Under the pieces are notes generated by a model. The model did no database searches and was not told the DNA's origin. It worked only from the letters and a program-made list of their open reading frames with translations. Of a stretch of DNA of 64,000 nt, positions 40,905-50,922 are shown piece by piece; within the stretch, counting starts at the first letter, position 1, and each line of letters starts with the position of its first letter. A program made the position numbers and the translations under genes. The DNA lies in NCBI GenBank assembly GCA_016699975.1, contig CP064994.1, positions 775,828-839,827 on the forward strand. Direction: 5' to 3'. Source of the DNA: Candidatus Moraniibacteriota bacterium (GTDB lineage Bacteria > Patescibacteriota > Minisyncoccia > Moranbacterales > UBA1568).

Positions 40905-41481
40905 CATTTCCGTTTTCTTCCGATTTTGGTATCCTAAACGAGATAAGAGAGTTCTTTAGTTCGGAAAGAAGGCAGTACAACGAAGCTGGTCCATATTGTT
41001 GCCGAAAAGGAAATAAGCGTAAAGAAAGAGCAGAAATTCGCTCAATGAGAACACGAATCCGAAGCGAAGGTCGCAGAGAAAAAACAGGATCGTATCAGGA
41101 AGGATTTTTGAAATGAAGAAGAAATGGTACAAAAAGCGATTCTCCTCCTCAATACAGACAGGAAAGGAGTAATGCGCGCGAAGAGAAAGAGAAACCTCAA
41201 TGGAAGCGTCGTGTATAAGAAAAAAACGGAGAAAAATCAGCATTCGTCACGTAACCTTTGATTGATCGTGCAGTAAATCTGCACCGAGGAAAAAGAAAAC
41301 CTCATTCAAAATTCAAATTGGTAACACCAATTTCTTAGCAGAAGAGTCGAGCGCGCGGCGAGAAAAATACCAATCCCGCAAAATCAAAAACACATTCTTT
41401 ATAGCTGCTTTGTTGACAGAATAACCATTCGAACCATGACGAGAGACGTCAACTTCCCAGGCTTCTCTCGCAAAAATACGT

Positions 41482-42591
41482 ATGCATCCCCTTCTTCCCT
41501 CTCTTCAAGAAGAATTCAATCAAATAGAAATGGAGCTCTCGCATCCGAGCGTTCAATCGGACCAAAAAAGCCTGACTCGTCTTGCAAGACGGCGTGCGGA
41601 ACTCTCTGAGATTCTCGAGAAATCGCAAGATATAGAACGGCTCGAGCATGCAATGCGAGAGAACGCCGAACTCTTGAATACCGATCAGGAAGACGAGCTC
41701 AAACTGCTCGCGCTCGAAGAAAATACCGTGCTCTCGCGAGAAAAAGATGAGCTCGAAAAAGCATTCGAGCGACTGCTCGTGCCCAAAGATCCTCGCGATG
41801 CGCGCGACGTCATCGTGGAAATTCGTGCGGGCGCAGGAGGAGACGAGTCTGCCCTCTTTGCGGGAGATCTCTTTCGCATGTACGTTCGCGCGGCCGAAAA
41901 GGCAGGATGGAAAACCACACTGCTTCATACAAACGAGACTTGGATCGGCGGCTTTAAAGAAATCGTCTTTGAAATCACGAAAGGTTCTGGTCCTGACGTT
42001 TTCCGACTTATGAAGTACGAGTCGGGCGTTCACCGCGTCCAACGCATACCAGAAACTGAGAAATCGGGGCGCATTCACACCTCGACAGGAACGGTGGCCG
42101 TGTTGCCACAAGCGGAAGAAGTAGACCTTCTCATACAACCGAACGACCTTCGTATCGATACCTATTGTTCTTCGGGACCAGGGGGACAATCGGTCAACAC
42201 CACCAAAAGTGCAATTCGCATTACCCACCTCCCAACCGGCCTGGTCGTTACATGCCAAGACGAAAAGTCGCAGCACAAGAATAAAGACAAAGCACTCAAG
42301 GTTTTGCGCTCGCGCCTCCTCGAAGCCGAGGAAGAACGCCTCGCAAAAGAGCGGGGGGACGCGCGGCGAAGCCAAATCGGAACTGGAGACCGAAGCGAAA
42401 AAATCCGCACCTACAATGTCCCGCAGGATCGCGTGACGGACCACCGCATCAAGGTTTCATGGAGCGGCATCGAAAGAATTCTTGCGGGAGAAATTGCAGA
42501 CATCTTTACTCGACTCGAAGCAGAGGATATGGAGCGCCGCCTGAATAAGGAAACGCAAAAAGAAAACGATTCTTCCAACGAACCTTCCTAA
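41482..42591 (+). CDS. prfA: peptide chain release factor 1
   Basis: GGQ motif ([11 protein letters not shown]), PxT-type tripeptide region ([14 protein letters not shown]) indicating RF1. Confidence 0.9.
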   Translation: MHPLLPSLQEEFNQIEMELSHPSVQSDQKSLTRLARRRAELSEILEKSQDIERLEHAMRENAELLNTDQEDELKLLALEENTVLSREKDELEKAFERLLVPKDPRDARDVIVEIRAGAGGDESALFAGDLFRMYVRAAEKAGWKTTLLHTNETWIGGFKEIVFEITKGSGPDVFRLMKYESGVHRVQRIPETEKSGRIHTSTGTVAVLPQAEEVDLLIQPNDLRIDTYCSSGPGGQSVNTTKSAIRITHLPTGLVVTCQDEKSQHKNKDKALKVLRSRLLEAEEERLAKERGDARRSQIGTGDRSEKIRTYNVPQDRVTDHRIKVSWSGIERILAGEIADIFTRLEAEDMERRLNKETQKENDSSNEPS

Positions 42592-42716
42592 AGACTCTTC
42601 TTTTTTGAGAATAAGAAGTAATCGAAAGGTGTCGCGGCAACTCAAAAGCCCTAAATCTCTTCCAAAAAAACTGAAAGAATGGGAAGAGAAAATTTTATCA
42701 TTCTACAAGAAACAAA

Positions 42717-43340
42717 ATGCATCCCAATCCACACAAAGGGAGAGAAGAGAGCCGCCGAGCCCTGAGCCCGAGCGGCATGATGACCAAAATTGGTATTATC
42801 ATTTTTTCGATCGCTATTCTTGCCGGACCGTTCTACAGCGTCCCGGAATATCGCCTTGTCAGCAATACGATAAGCGAGCTTGGAGCACAACAAACGCCCC
42901 ACAACTTTTTCGCAATTTTCGGATTTCTTGCCTTCGGGCTCGGGATTGTACTCGACTGGGTACGACAACCGTCACGACAGACCCTCCCCTTCATGCTCTT
43001 CGGGTTGTCGATGATGATCGCCGGAATTTTTCCACACAAGCCACTCGGGATTGATACGCCCTACAATGAGGTCGTTGATTCGATACACTCCGGGGCCGCG
43101 ACACTTGGCGGGCTTTTCATCACCCTAGGATTTCTGACAGAGAGTGTGCGCACCACTTCAAACAAACGCCGTGTGATCACACTCGCACTTGCCACCCTTT
43201 GCTTCTTTCTTCCGCTCGGAATGTTTTCCCTTCCAAATCTCCAAGGCATTCTTCAGCGAATAATGTTCGCTTCGGTGTTTCTGTGGTTCTGGTTCTTTTT
43301 CCCAGAACAATTCTCCTCCACGAGAAGCACGCGACCATGA
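42717..43340 (+). CDS. hypothetical polytopic membrane protein (DUF998-like)
   Basis: about 6 predicted TM helices; 4-nt overlap (ATGA) with prmC start suggests co-translation. Confidence 0.5.
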   Translation: MHPNPHKGREESRRALSPSGMMTKIGIIIFSIAILAGPFYSVPEYRLVSNTISELGAQQTPHNFFAIFGFLAFGLGIVLDWVRQPSRQTLPFMLFGLSMMIAGIFPHKPLGIDTPYNEVVDSIHSGAATLGGLFITLGFLTESVRTTSNKRRVITLALATLCFFLPLGMFSLPNLQGILQRIMFASVFLWFWFFFPEQFSSTRSTRP

Positions 43341-44284
43341 AAACGATCCGCGATTTACTGAATGACTCCGACGCAATCATCCTCCCGAGAGAAGAGTGTG
43401 AACTTCTCATTGCCCTGGTTCTGAAAAAAGATCGCGTCTTTGTGCTTGCACATCCCGAAGCGACACTCACGTCCCGACAAGAAAAAAGAGTGAAGCGATA
43501 TTTCACACGACGGATTGCGCACGAACCGTTAGCACTCATTGCGAAGAACAAAGAGTTTTTCGGAAGAAATTTTTGGATCAACAAGCATACCCTCGTCCCA
43601 CGGCCAGAGACTGAATTGCTCGTCGAAAAAACATGGGAATACATTCTTTCGACCCTGAAATTTTTGGAGCCATCACACGCTTCACAAAGCGCTCATGCAT
43701 CTTTTGACGGCCATGTTCTTCTGATTGATGTCGGGACTGGATCCGGAAATATTCTCATCACCCTCGCTCGGGAAATGGAAGAAAAAAATATTTCCCAAAA
43801 AAATGTAGAGTTGGTCGGGGTCGACATCTCGCTTGGCGCTCTTCGTGTTGCACGGAAGAACGCAAGAAAAATTTTATCAAATACATCACCACGATTTTTT
43901 CATTCGGATCTTCTGAGCGCTCTTCCTCGAACGCTTTTCCAGAGAACAAAGAGGTTGATTCTGACTGCCAACCTTCCGTACCTTTCGCGCCTCCGCTACG
44001 AGAATGCCCCAAAGGATGTCCGGCAGTATGAGCCCAAATCCGCACTCGTGAGCGGCGCTGATGGATTCTCTCACTACCGCACACTCTTTGAGACACTCTT
44101 CGAGATAGAACAGAAAAACATTCTCCCGCACTCCGTTACGCTCTTTCTTGAAATCGATCCGCAGCAGAGAGCACTTCTCCGAGAAGCGGTCTCCCGATAT
44201 TTCCCGCGCGCATCCCTTCTCTTTTTCCAAGACCTTGCTCATCGTTTCCGAATTGCACGCATCGAAATCGAAAAACTTCCGTGA
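43337..44284 (+). CDS. prmC: release factor glutamine N5-methyltransferase PrmC (HemK)
   Basis: SAM motif LIDVGTGSGNILI, catalytic NLPY (NPPY-type) motif, located right after prfA as usual. Confidence 0.85.
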   Translation: MKTIRDLLNDSDAIILPREECELLIALVLKKDRVFVLAHPEATLTSRQEKRVKRYFTRRIAHEPLALIAKNKEFFGRNFWINKHTLVPRPETELLVEKTWEYILSTLKFLEPSHASQSAHASFDGHVLLIDVGTGSGNILITLAREMEEKNISQKNVELVGVDISLGALRVARKNARKILSNTSPRFFHSDLLSALPRTLFQRTKRLILTANLPYLSRLRYENAPKDVRQYEPKSALVSGADGFSHYRTLFETLFEIEQKNILPHSVTLFLEIDPQQRALLREAVSRYFPRASLLFFQDLAHRFRIARIEIEKLP

Positions 44285-44294
44285 ACCAAAAACA

Positions 44295-44322
44295 AAAACG
44301 CCCCGATCACTCGGAGCGTTTT
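44295..44322. terminator. bidirectional intrinsic terminator between prmC and minus-strand mini-ORF
   Basis: aaaacgc-cccgatcactcggag-gcgtttt with A-run before and T-run after. Confidence 0.5.
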
Positions 44323-44346
44323 CAAATCGGACTACAATCAAAGAAA

Positions 44347-44418
44347 CTATTTCTTTTTCTTCTTTGCACCCGCCTTCTTCTTGGGAGTGGCCTTTTTCAC
44401 CTTTTTCTTGGCTGCCAT
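44347..44418 (-). CDS. 23-aa lysine-rich mini-protein MAAKKKVKKATPKKKAGAKKKKK with canonical SD (AGGAGGTGA-7nt-ATG)
   Basis: hand-translated; below ORF-track cut-off; strong RBS and flanking terminator argue for a real gene. Confidence 0.4.
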   Translation of the reverse strand: MAAKKKVKKATPKKKAGAKKKKK

Positions 44419-45207
44419 ATTCCAATCACCTCCTTTCGTTTTATTTTTATTTTTGGAGAATATTTTCTCTATCAGAAATATACATCATATTTTTTTCTCG
44501 CACAAGAGGAAAATGAAAATTGAAAAACATTTTTGAAAAAATTTGGAATACATTATCACTCCCTTTGCGCACAGAAAAATATCGTGCAGAAAAAACTTCA
44601 CCGTTTCCAAAAATTTTGGAGTTGGAAAAGAAAAAAGTGACAGAAAATTTTTTCTTCTTCGAAATAATTTTTTTGACATCAAAAACCTCGAATTTTGAAC
44701 TATCAAAAAACAAGGGCATTCCCTGTGTTTCAAAAAAAGAATGCGCCTCTTCCAAAAATCTTCTGAGCACAGAAGAGCAAGTCGCTCCTCGAGAAAACGT
44801 GATCCTCTGGAGGCGCATTGAGAAATTTTCGGCTTCGGCATCGCATCCATTTTTCTGTACGGAAGTATCACAAACGCCGAAGATACCATTTTTGCAAAAA
44901 TCATGTCTGAAGAGTTCCAGAAAATTTTCGGGGCACTCATGTCGAAACGAAAGCGAAGAAAAATATTTCCACAAAATCTGGAACAGCACTCATCGTCGAG
45001 CCATATATATATATGAATCTTCAACACAGAAAAAGAGCCGAAGAGATCTTTGGAGATCTTTGGACGATGTGCTACAAAACGAACAATTTGTCCAGTTGAC
45101 GCCGAAAGAGAGCCCCTCTAGAATAAAAACGAGGTCGACCGAGCTTCAACGAAAGCCCTTGAATCATTTTCATACCCTGTAAAACTGGAAAGGAAGGTGA
45201 ATACCTT

Positions 45208-45846
45208 ATGCGACATGATGAGCAGATGGACCTGGAAGAAGACCGCGAAAACGAAGGTGGATTTAAAGCTTGGCTTGAGGATAACCTTCGGATTATTTTG
45301 AGCATTCTCGTGGTTCTCGCGATCGCGGGCGGTATCTATTCGTACTCGCAACGCTCAGAAGCCCCAGCGATTAGCGAAGAGACTTCCTCAGAAGAAGTGA
45401 CAGAGCCAGGAGCCACAGCGGAAGAAGCCAAACCGGAGAGTGAAAACGAAGTCGCTCCCGCGCCAACCACAGAAGAAACGACGCCTGTCAAAGAAGAAGT
45501 GAAACCAACGCCTGTCACCGAAACTGCTTCGGCAGGAGAAAGCAAGGAGACTGAAACTTCTTTCATAGAAGCAGCGGGAAAGGGTGAAGGTGCAACCCAC
45601 CTCGCGCGACGAGCCCTTGCAAACTATCTCGAGAAAAATCCGGATGCAGCGCTTTCCGCCGAACACAAAATCTATATCGAAGATTACCTTCGAAAGAATG
45701 TGTCGTACGGAAAAGTACAGCCTGGAACCAGCTTGGAATTCTCAAAGAGTCTCATTCAAGACTCGATCGGGAAATCAAAACAACTGAGCGATCATCAACT
45801 CTCCAATCTCAAGAAATACACGGAGCGAGTTCCCTCTCTTCGCTAA
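45208..45846 (+). CDS. hypothetical single-pass membrane protein with E/T/P-rich linker and C-terminal globular domain
   Basis: 212-aa ORF with AAGGAAGG SD; TM ILSILVVLAIAGGIY. Confidence 0.5.
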   Translation: MRHDEQMDLEEDRENEGGFKAWLEDNLRIILSILVVLAIAGGIYSYSQRSEAPAISEETSSEEVTEPGATAEEAKPESENEVAPAPTTEETTPVKEEVKPTPVTETASAGESKETETSFIEAAGKGEGATHLARRALANYLEKNPDAALSAEHKIYIEDYLRKNVSYGKVQPGTSLEFSKSLIQDSIGKSKQLSDHQLSNLKKYTERVPSLR

Positions 45847-46046
45847 AATCTCTGTTATGAGATTCGAAAACAAAGCATTCTTGCTTTGAGCGAGTTTTGA
45901 GGACGATTGGTTCGAGAAGAAGTGAAAAGAAACGTGAAGCGTTCTCATTTCTGATCAAACGAAAACGAAAGAGTAAGGATGACTGAATGAATGAAAGAGA
46001 AAAAGAAACATCTCTTCAATTGTTTTTTGATTTTCCGTTCTTTGTT

Positions 46047-46084
46047 GGTACATAAAACCCCGCAACGGCGGGGTTTTATGTACC
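46047..46084. terminator. bidirectional intrinsic terminator: perfect 17-bp palindrome ggtacataaaaccccgc/gcggggttttatgtacc
   Basis: seen directly; convergent genes end on both sides. Confidence 0.6.
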
Positions 46085-46283
46085 TCAAATAAAGTTCCCT
46101 TTACTAACATCGCAAGAAAGAAGCATAGAGAAAGAGCTCTCCCAGAGACATTGGAAAAACCAAGGATTTAGAAGACCATGTCAGACTTTCTCCCTGGGCT
46201 CAATCTTGGTATTTTAAGACTTCGGATATTCCACATATTGCGTAAAGAGAGCACTCTCCTCGGATTTTATTGAAAATATCTCT

Positions 46284-46754
46284 TCAAAATCCATTTTGAG
46301 AGGAGGAAAAAAGAGACACGGAAACTGTTTGGCCAACTTTTATCCCAAGCCCCCGAGAAAGTCCGGCGTTTATCTCGAGTACGGAATCAGCTGGCTCGCT
46401 CGGAGCATAGATTCGTTTTTGATCCTTGAAGTCCACCTCTTCCTCAATGTGAACGATCTTTCCTTCACGAATCCAGAGGATATCGATCGGAAATCGCATA
46501 TCTTTCATCCAAAATCGATACACATTTTTTTCTGGAAAGACAAAAAGCATGCCGCACTCGCGACACAAAGTATCTCTCTTCCCGAGACCTCGATCCTGTT
46601 CCTCTTTGGTTCTCGCGACCTCCACGGAAAACGCATGTTTTCCAATCGTAACAAAGGGTGGGCGGAGCTCTTCCTGGGCTGATCTTTTAAAAAAGAAGAA
46701 TGTTGCTCCAGCGAGAACCACAAATACGACAAGTACCGCGTATTTTTTATTCAT
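46284..46754 (-). CDS. DUF192 family protein (COG1430), secreted/membrane-anchored
   Basis: ..GMLFVFPEKNVYRFWMKDMRFPIDILWIREGKIVHIEEEV.. DUF192 signature; start at MNKKY. Confidence 0.7.
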   Translation of the reverse strand: MNKKYAVLVVFVVLAGATFFFFKRSAQEELRPPFVTIGKHAFSVEVARTKEEQDRGLGKRDTLCRECGMLFVFPEKNVYRFWMKDMRFPIDILWIREGKIVHIEEEVDFKDQKRIYAPSEPADSVLEINAGLSRGLGIKVGQTVSVSLFSSSQNGF

Positions 46755-46783
46755 ATGATGAGCATTCGAAGAGTAACCAAGTA

Positions 46784-47896
46784 TCACTTCCCTTCAAGTT
46801 CACGAAGCGATTCGAGAAGTTTTCGTTCCTCCCGTGAGAGATACTTCGGAATGCTGACAAGAACCGTGACAAGGTGATCTCCTCGACTCCATCGACTCCC
46901 CAGCGTAGGAATTCCTTTTCCTCGAAGTCGAAATACCTCTCCGGATTGCGTCCCGGCGGGAATTTTTATCACCGTCTCGCCGTCGAGCGTCTTCACAGAA
47001 ACCGAGTCTCCTAAGGAGGCGCGAGTTGCGGAGATGGACGCACAAGAGAAGACATCGCTCCCGCCCCGCTCAAAATTCGGTTGTTTTCGTATATGAACCA
47101 CCAACATGATATCACCGGGCGGCCCTCCTCGCTCTCCTGCTTCTCCTTCACGCGACAGAGACAGGGCTTGTCCATCTTCAATACCCTCGGGAATATCAAG
47201 AGAAAATTCTCTTGTCTCTTTCTTCTGTCCCGAGCCGCGGCAACTTGAACAGGGGTCCCGAAATGTTTTTCCGCGTCCCCCGCATGCTTCACACGAAACT
47301 ACTTGCTGCACTACTCCCAAAAAACTCCGCACGGACTGTCGCACTCTTCCTGCCCCACCGCACACCGAGCACGTCGTCTCGGACGAACCCTTTTTTCCAC
47401 CTGTCCCCGAACATGATTCGCAACGTCCCGTCCTTCGAACCGAAACTGACTTTTTTACCCCTTGCGCCATTTCCTCGAAGGAAATCTCCACATCAACACG
47501 AATATCGGCGCCCCGGCGCAGAGATGTTCGTTCCCCGCCAAAGCCGCCACCAAAAATGTTCGAGAAAATATCCTCGAAACCCGAACCTTCAAAACGAAAA
47601 TCGCCTTGGGAAAATCCTTCAAATCCCCTTCCGAAATCAAAGCCACCAAATCCTCCGCCCCCGCCCGAGGATCCAGCCCCCATATTTGAAAAGTTTTCCC
47701 CGAAACGGTCGTATTGCGCACGCTTGTCCGCATTCGAGAGGACTTGATAGGCTTCGTTTATCTCTTTAAATTTGGCTTCGTCCCCCCCTTTTTTGTCGGG
47801 ATGATACCGATGGGCGAGTTTTCGATATGCCTTTTTGATTTCGTCCGCCGAAGCCGATTTTGAAACACCGAGTGTTGCATAGAAATCCTTTGCCAT
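46784..47896 (-). CDS. dnaJ: molecular chaperone DnaJ
   Basis: J-domain with HPD (RYHPDKK), G/F-rich linker, four CxxCxGxG zinc-finger repeats. Confidence 0.9.
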   Translation of the reverse strand: MAKDFYATLGVSKSASADEIKKAYRKLAHRYHPDKKGGDEAKFKEINEAYQVLSNADKRAQYDRFGENFSNMGAGSSGGGGGFGGFDFGRGFEGFSQGDFRFEGSGFEDIFSNIFGGGFGGERTSLRRGADIRVDVEISFEEMAQGVKKSVSVRRTGRCESCSGTGGKKGSSETTCSVCGGAGRVRQSVRSFLGVVQQVVSCEACGGRGKTFRDPCSSCRGSGQKKETREFSLDIPEGIEDGQALSLSREGEAGERGGPPGDIMLVVHIRKQPNFERGGSDVFSCASISATRASLGDSVSVKTLDGETVIKIPAGTQSGEVFRLRGKGIPTLGSRWSRGDHLVTVLVSIPKYLSREERKLLESLRELEGK

Positions 47897-47956
47897 AGGA
47901 AGAGAAAAACTGGGTATGAAAAATATACGATCCCAGTCTACTCGAAAGAAAGAAAA

Positions 47957-47983
47957 TTAGCAATTAAAGTGTCAGAGTGCTAA
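47957..47983 (-). promoter_or_regulatory. CIRCE element (HrcA operator) upstream of dnaJ: TTAGCAATT-N9-GAGTGCTAA
   Basis: matches consensus TTAGCACTC-N9-GAGTGCTAA at 16/18 arm positions with exact 9-nt spacer. Confidence 0.6.
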
Positions 47984-48097
47984 TTTTGACCGTTCCTGTA
48001 CTTTTTCCTCCCAGAAAAAACTTGTCTTTCTCCCCCACTACAAAAACCCTGTATAAGAAAAAGAAGAAAAATACACTTCCTCCTCACTGAAAACTTT

Positions 48098-48126
48098 TTG
48101 ACATTCTCTCAGAATCGGTTTAGAGT
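48098..48126 (+). promoter_or_regulatory. sigma70-type promoter (-35 TTGACA, 17 nt, -10 TAGAGT) for membrane protein gene at 48288
   Basis: TTGACAttctctcagaatcggttTAGAGT. Confidence 0.45.
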
Positions 48127-48287
48127 GAGAAGTCGGCTCAATCCGTGAAAAAGCCGACGGAGTTCAAAGTTCTTTCCCAACTGATGCGAAAAAAGAGAAT
48201 CCTACAATCGGCCAGATCGACGTTTCCCCTCAAAACTTCCGTGCAGCCGATCATGGCAAAACCCTCAAAACAAACCGGAGAACAGCA

Positions 48288-48965
48288 ATGCAATCTGAAT
48301 ATATCTACGGAACTTTTGCAGCCTCTCTTGTCATAGTTGGAGCAATGCCTTTCTTTATGGGGTTAGATCACTACAGAGTGTGGAGTTTATCTGAGCTTTA
48401 CGTCTGGATAATATTGCCGTACTACCACCGATTGCTTTTCCTTTGCTTCCTCCTCTTCCGTTTGAGACGAAATGCCTCTCAATCCAATCGATTGGCCGTG
48501 TGCTCTTTTCTCGTCGTGCAAGCCGGCTATATAAGAATCTTCATCGCTCCCCTCGCGGCAGAGATACGCCCTGCATGGATTTTTATCGTAAGCGGAGTTC
48601 TTACTCTGGGATTTCTTCTGGGAGCGAAAAAATTCGCTCACACAGGGAAATTTGAAGATACTTGTTTGGCCGTGTCCACTGTGTCCGCAACGACGATAGA
48701 AGCTATTCTTATTCTTATCATAGCTCTTCTTGCGTTTATTTTTATCGAGTTTAGAGAAATGCTTCATTATTTCTTGTTTCAAGGGATATTGTTCCTTTTC
48801 TCTTTCCTCGTGACATACATCATATCCCTCTGTTTTTACAAGATTGAAGTGTTGCTCACGGAAAAGAGTGACGGTTTCCAATTATTCCAATTAACGGAAG
48901 GGTTGTATATCTCGACTCTTGTTCTCATGGGATGTCTCACCCTTCTTCTTCTATCATTTCTCTAA
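48288..48965 (+). CDS. hypothetical polytopic membrane protein
   Basis: 225-aa ORF, about 6 TM helices, GGAGAA SD. Confidence 0.5.
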   Translation: MQSEYIYGTFAASLVIVGAMPFFMGLDHYRVWSLSELYVWIILPYYHRLLFLCFLLFRLRRNASQSNRLAVCSFLVVQAGYIRIFIAPLAAEIRPAWIFIVSGVLTLGFLLGAKKFAHTGKFEDTCLAVSTVSATTIEAILILIIALLAFIFIEFREMLHYFLFQGILFLFSFLVTYIISLCFYKIEVLLTEKSDGFQLFQLTEGLYISTLVLMGCLTLLLLSFL

Positions 48966-48989
48966 AAAAAATGAGAGAACTTCCATCGT

Positions 48990-49020
48990 ACCCCGACTTC
49001 TTCACGAATCGGGGTTTTTT
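48990..49020 (+). terminator. intrinsic terminator after membrane protein gene
   Basis: ccccga-12nt-tcgggg followed by TTTTTTCTTTC. Confidence 0.5.
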
Positions 49021-49026
49021 CTTTCT

Positions 49027-50066
49027 TTAAAGGCCGTTCTTCACTTTATTGTGTTTGTGTTCCTCGAAGGTCACGGCAAAAAATGTCTCGCCTGTTTTTG
49101 GATTATTGAGGAAAAAATAGTACGGATTCGACAGAGGAAAAAGTGTCGCTCGCAGAGAAGCGAGTCCCGGATTCGATATTGGTCCGGGCGGAAGACCGCG
49201 GTATCGATACGTGTTGTATGGTGAGTCGAAACGCGTCTCTTCGATCGAGTGTTGCACTTTGGATTCGCCGCGCGCATATTCGAGCGTTGCATCGCTTTCG
49301 AGTGCATGGTTGTCACGAAGGCGCCTCCAAAAAAGATCACTCACCATTCTTCGATCACGCTCAATCGCTTCGGCAGACTGATTCGCGTTTCCAATTTCGC
49401 GCTCGAGAATGCTGGCAAAAGTTACCGTTTCAAAGACAGTTTTCCCTTGTTGATCGGCTTCTTTCCGCAAATCATCCGAAAAACGACGAGAAAAATTCCC
49501 AAGCATTTTCTCAAGAATACTCCCTGGCGACTCTCGAATCGCAAACGTATAGGTATCTGGAAACAAAAATCCTTCAAGGGAGGCATTTTCAGGAGAGAAG
49601 CAAGTATCGGATACGCTTCCCGCCATTCGGGGAGCGGATTCCTTGCGAGTTCCACAAATTTGTCGCCGTCAAACTCATTTGCGGAAAGTCTCGATGCCAT
49701 TTTTTCAATCGTCCATCCTTCCGGAAAGGTGAGCGTTACTTCCTCAGGCTTTCCAGATTTTTGAAGCAGTGTCGCGACCACTTCGGGCGCCGTCAAGTTT
49801 CCGGAAATAACGATACTCCCAGAAGGCACTTTCCCACGAAGATTCCCTCGAAACGCACTCCACAAAAAATACCATCGGGAAGAAACAAGCCGATCCGCCT
49901 CGAGTCTTTTGGCGACACTTTGAATATCCTCGCCCTCTGCTATACGAAAGACTCGTTCTCCACGGTATTCTCCGCGCAGCGTTTTTGCACGATACACAAA
50001 AAGACCGGCTGCAAGACCGGCCACCATTCCTCCAAGAAGACACAGTGAGAGAAACTTTTTCAGCAT
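49027..50066 (-). CDS. mltG: endolytic murein transglycosylase MltG (YceG-like), interrupted by one apparent frameshift
   Basis: N-terminal ORF 49422..50066 (TM + ..LTFPEGWTIEKMASRL..) and C-terminal ORF 49027..49626 (LEGFLFPDTY.., ..YRGLPPGPISNPG..) in different frames. Confidence 0.75.
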
Positions 50067-50085
50067 GAATTCCCTTCAAACGTTT

Positions 50086-50526
50086 TTATATTCCCATGAC
50101 CTGAATGATAACATCGCGCTTTCGCGCGCCGTCGAATTCGAGAGCGAAAATGCTCTGGATGGGTGAGAGAATAAGTTCCCCGCGTTCAACCAAAATCGTC
50201 TCGCTCGAACCAATGAGAAGCGCTTTGCAGTGAGAGTGTCCGTTGCTGCGACCATCGGAAGCGTGCTCTTTTCGAATTTCAAAGAGATCGTGCGAATAAT
50301 GGTCGTCAACGGGGGCCGCTTTATAGAGAACGCGCATGAAATCCTGAAGAAGAAGTGGTTCATTGTGATTAATAACAACGCCCATGGTGGTATGCGGCAC
50401 GAAAACCGTCACATTGCCTTGCCGAATGCCCGACGTCCGAACCGCTTCTCGAACGGATTCCGTAATATCGAGAAAGTCAATTTGTGTTCGACTCTCGAGC
50501 GGAAGAATTGTTTTGTGTATTCGCAT
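50086..50526 (-). CDS. YjbQ/UPF0047 family protein (secondary thiamine-phosphate synthase-like)
   Basis: ..VFVPHTTMGVVINHNEPLLLQD..GHSHCKALLIGSSETILVERGELILSPIQSIFALEFDGARKR.. Confidence 0.8.
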   Translation of the reverse strand: MRIHKTILPLESRTQIDFLDITESVREAVRTSGIRQGNVTVFVPHTTMGVVINHNEPLLLQDFMRVLYKAAPVDDHYSHDLFEIRKEHASDGRSNGHSHCKALLIGSSETILVERGELILSPIQSIFALEFDGARKRDVIIQVMGI

Positions 50527-50550
50527 ACCTCCTCAGGATACAAATCTATT

Positions 50551-50865
50551 CTATGCTTTTGCGAGTTCCCCTTTCAGGATATCTTTTTGTTGAACTCCCA
50601 TGAATTCTTTTACCACCTTTCCGCCCTTGAATATTTTAAGGCTCGGAATGGACATGATCCCATACTCGGCGGCTTTCTTTGGATTGTCGTCGACATCGAG
50701 CTTGCCGACTTTTGCTGTTCCCTGCACCTCTTCGGCAAGTTCGTCGATAACGGGTCCCATCATCTGGCAGGGACCGCACCAGGGAGCCCAAAAGTCGACC
50801 AAAACCGGCACTTCGCTCTTCAAAACTTCTTGTTCGAAATTCTCGTCGGTAAACGTGTGTGCCAT
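50551..50865 (-). CDS. trxA: thioredoxin
   Basis: WAPWCGPCQ active site. Confidence 0.9.
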   Translation of the reverse strand: MAHTFTDENFEQEVLKSEVPVLVDFWAPWCGPCQMMGPVIDELAEEVQGTAKVGKLDVDDNPKKAAEYGIMSIPSLKIFKGGKVVKEFMGVQQKDILKGELAKA

Positions 50866-50922
50866 AAAAGTATTTTTTAAAAGTATTTGCGAATGAAAAG
50901 CGGAAGCATTCTTAGTCCACCG

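Noticed and set aside
41113-41260. Tiny K/R-rich ORFs (19 and 29 codons) in the rpmE-prfA spacer as real coupled genes
   Set aside because: Such ORFs arise easily in purine-rich DNA. The SD spacing for the second is too short. Only noted under the spacer finding.
44520-45182. 220-aa plus-strand ORF, with overlapping 180-aa minus-strand ORFs, in the AT-rich region
   Set aside because: Composition-driven: F/K/S-rich, no RBS, no domain resemblance, and embedded in low-complexity AT-rich DNA. Judged spurious.
44430-45200. Possible chromosomal origin (oriC) in the AT-rich spacer
   Set aside because: Only a single weak DnaA-box-like site (TTTCCACA) was found, there is no dnaA or dnaN nearby, and no box cluster; kept only as a minor possibility under the AT-rich finding.
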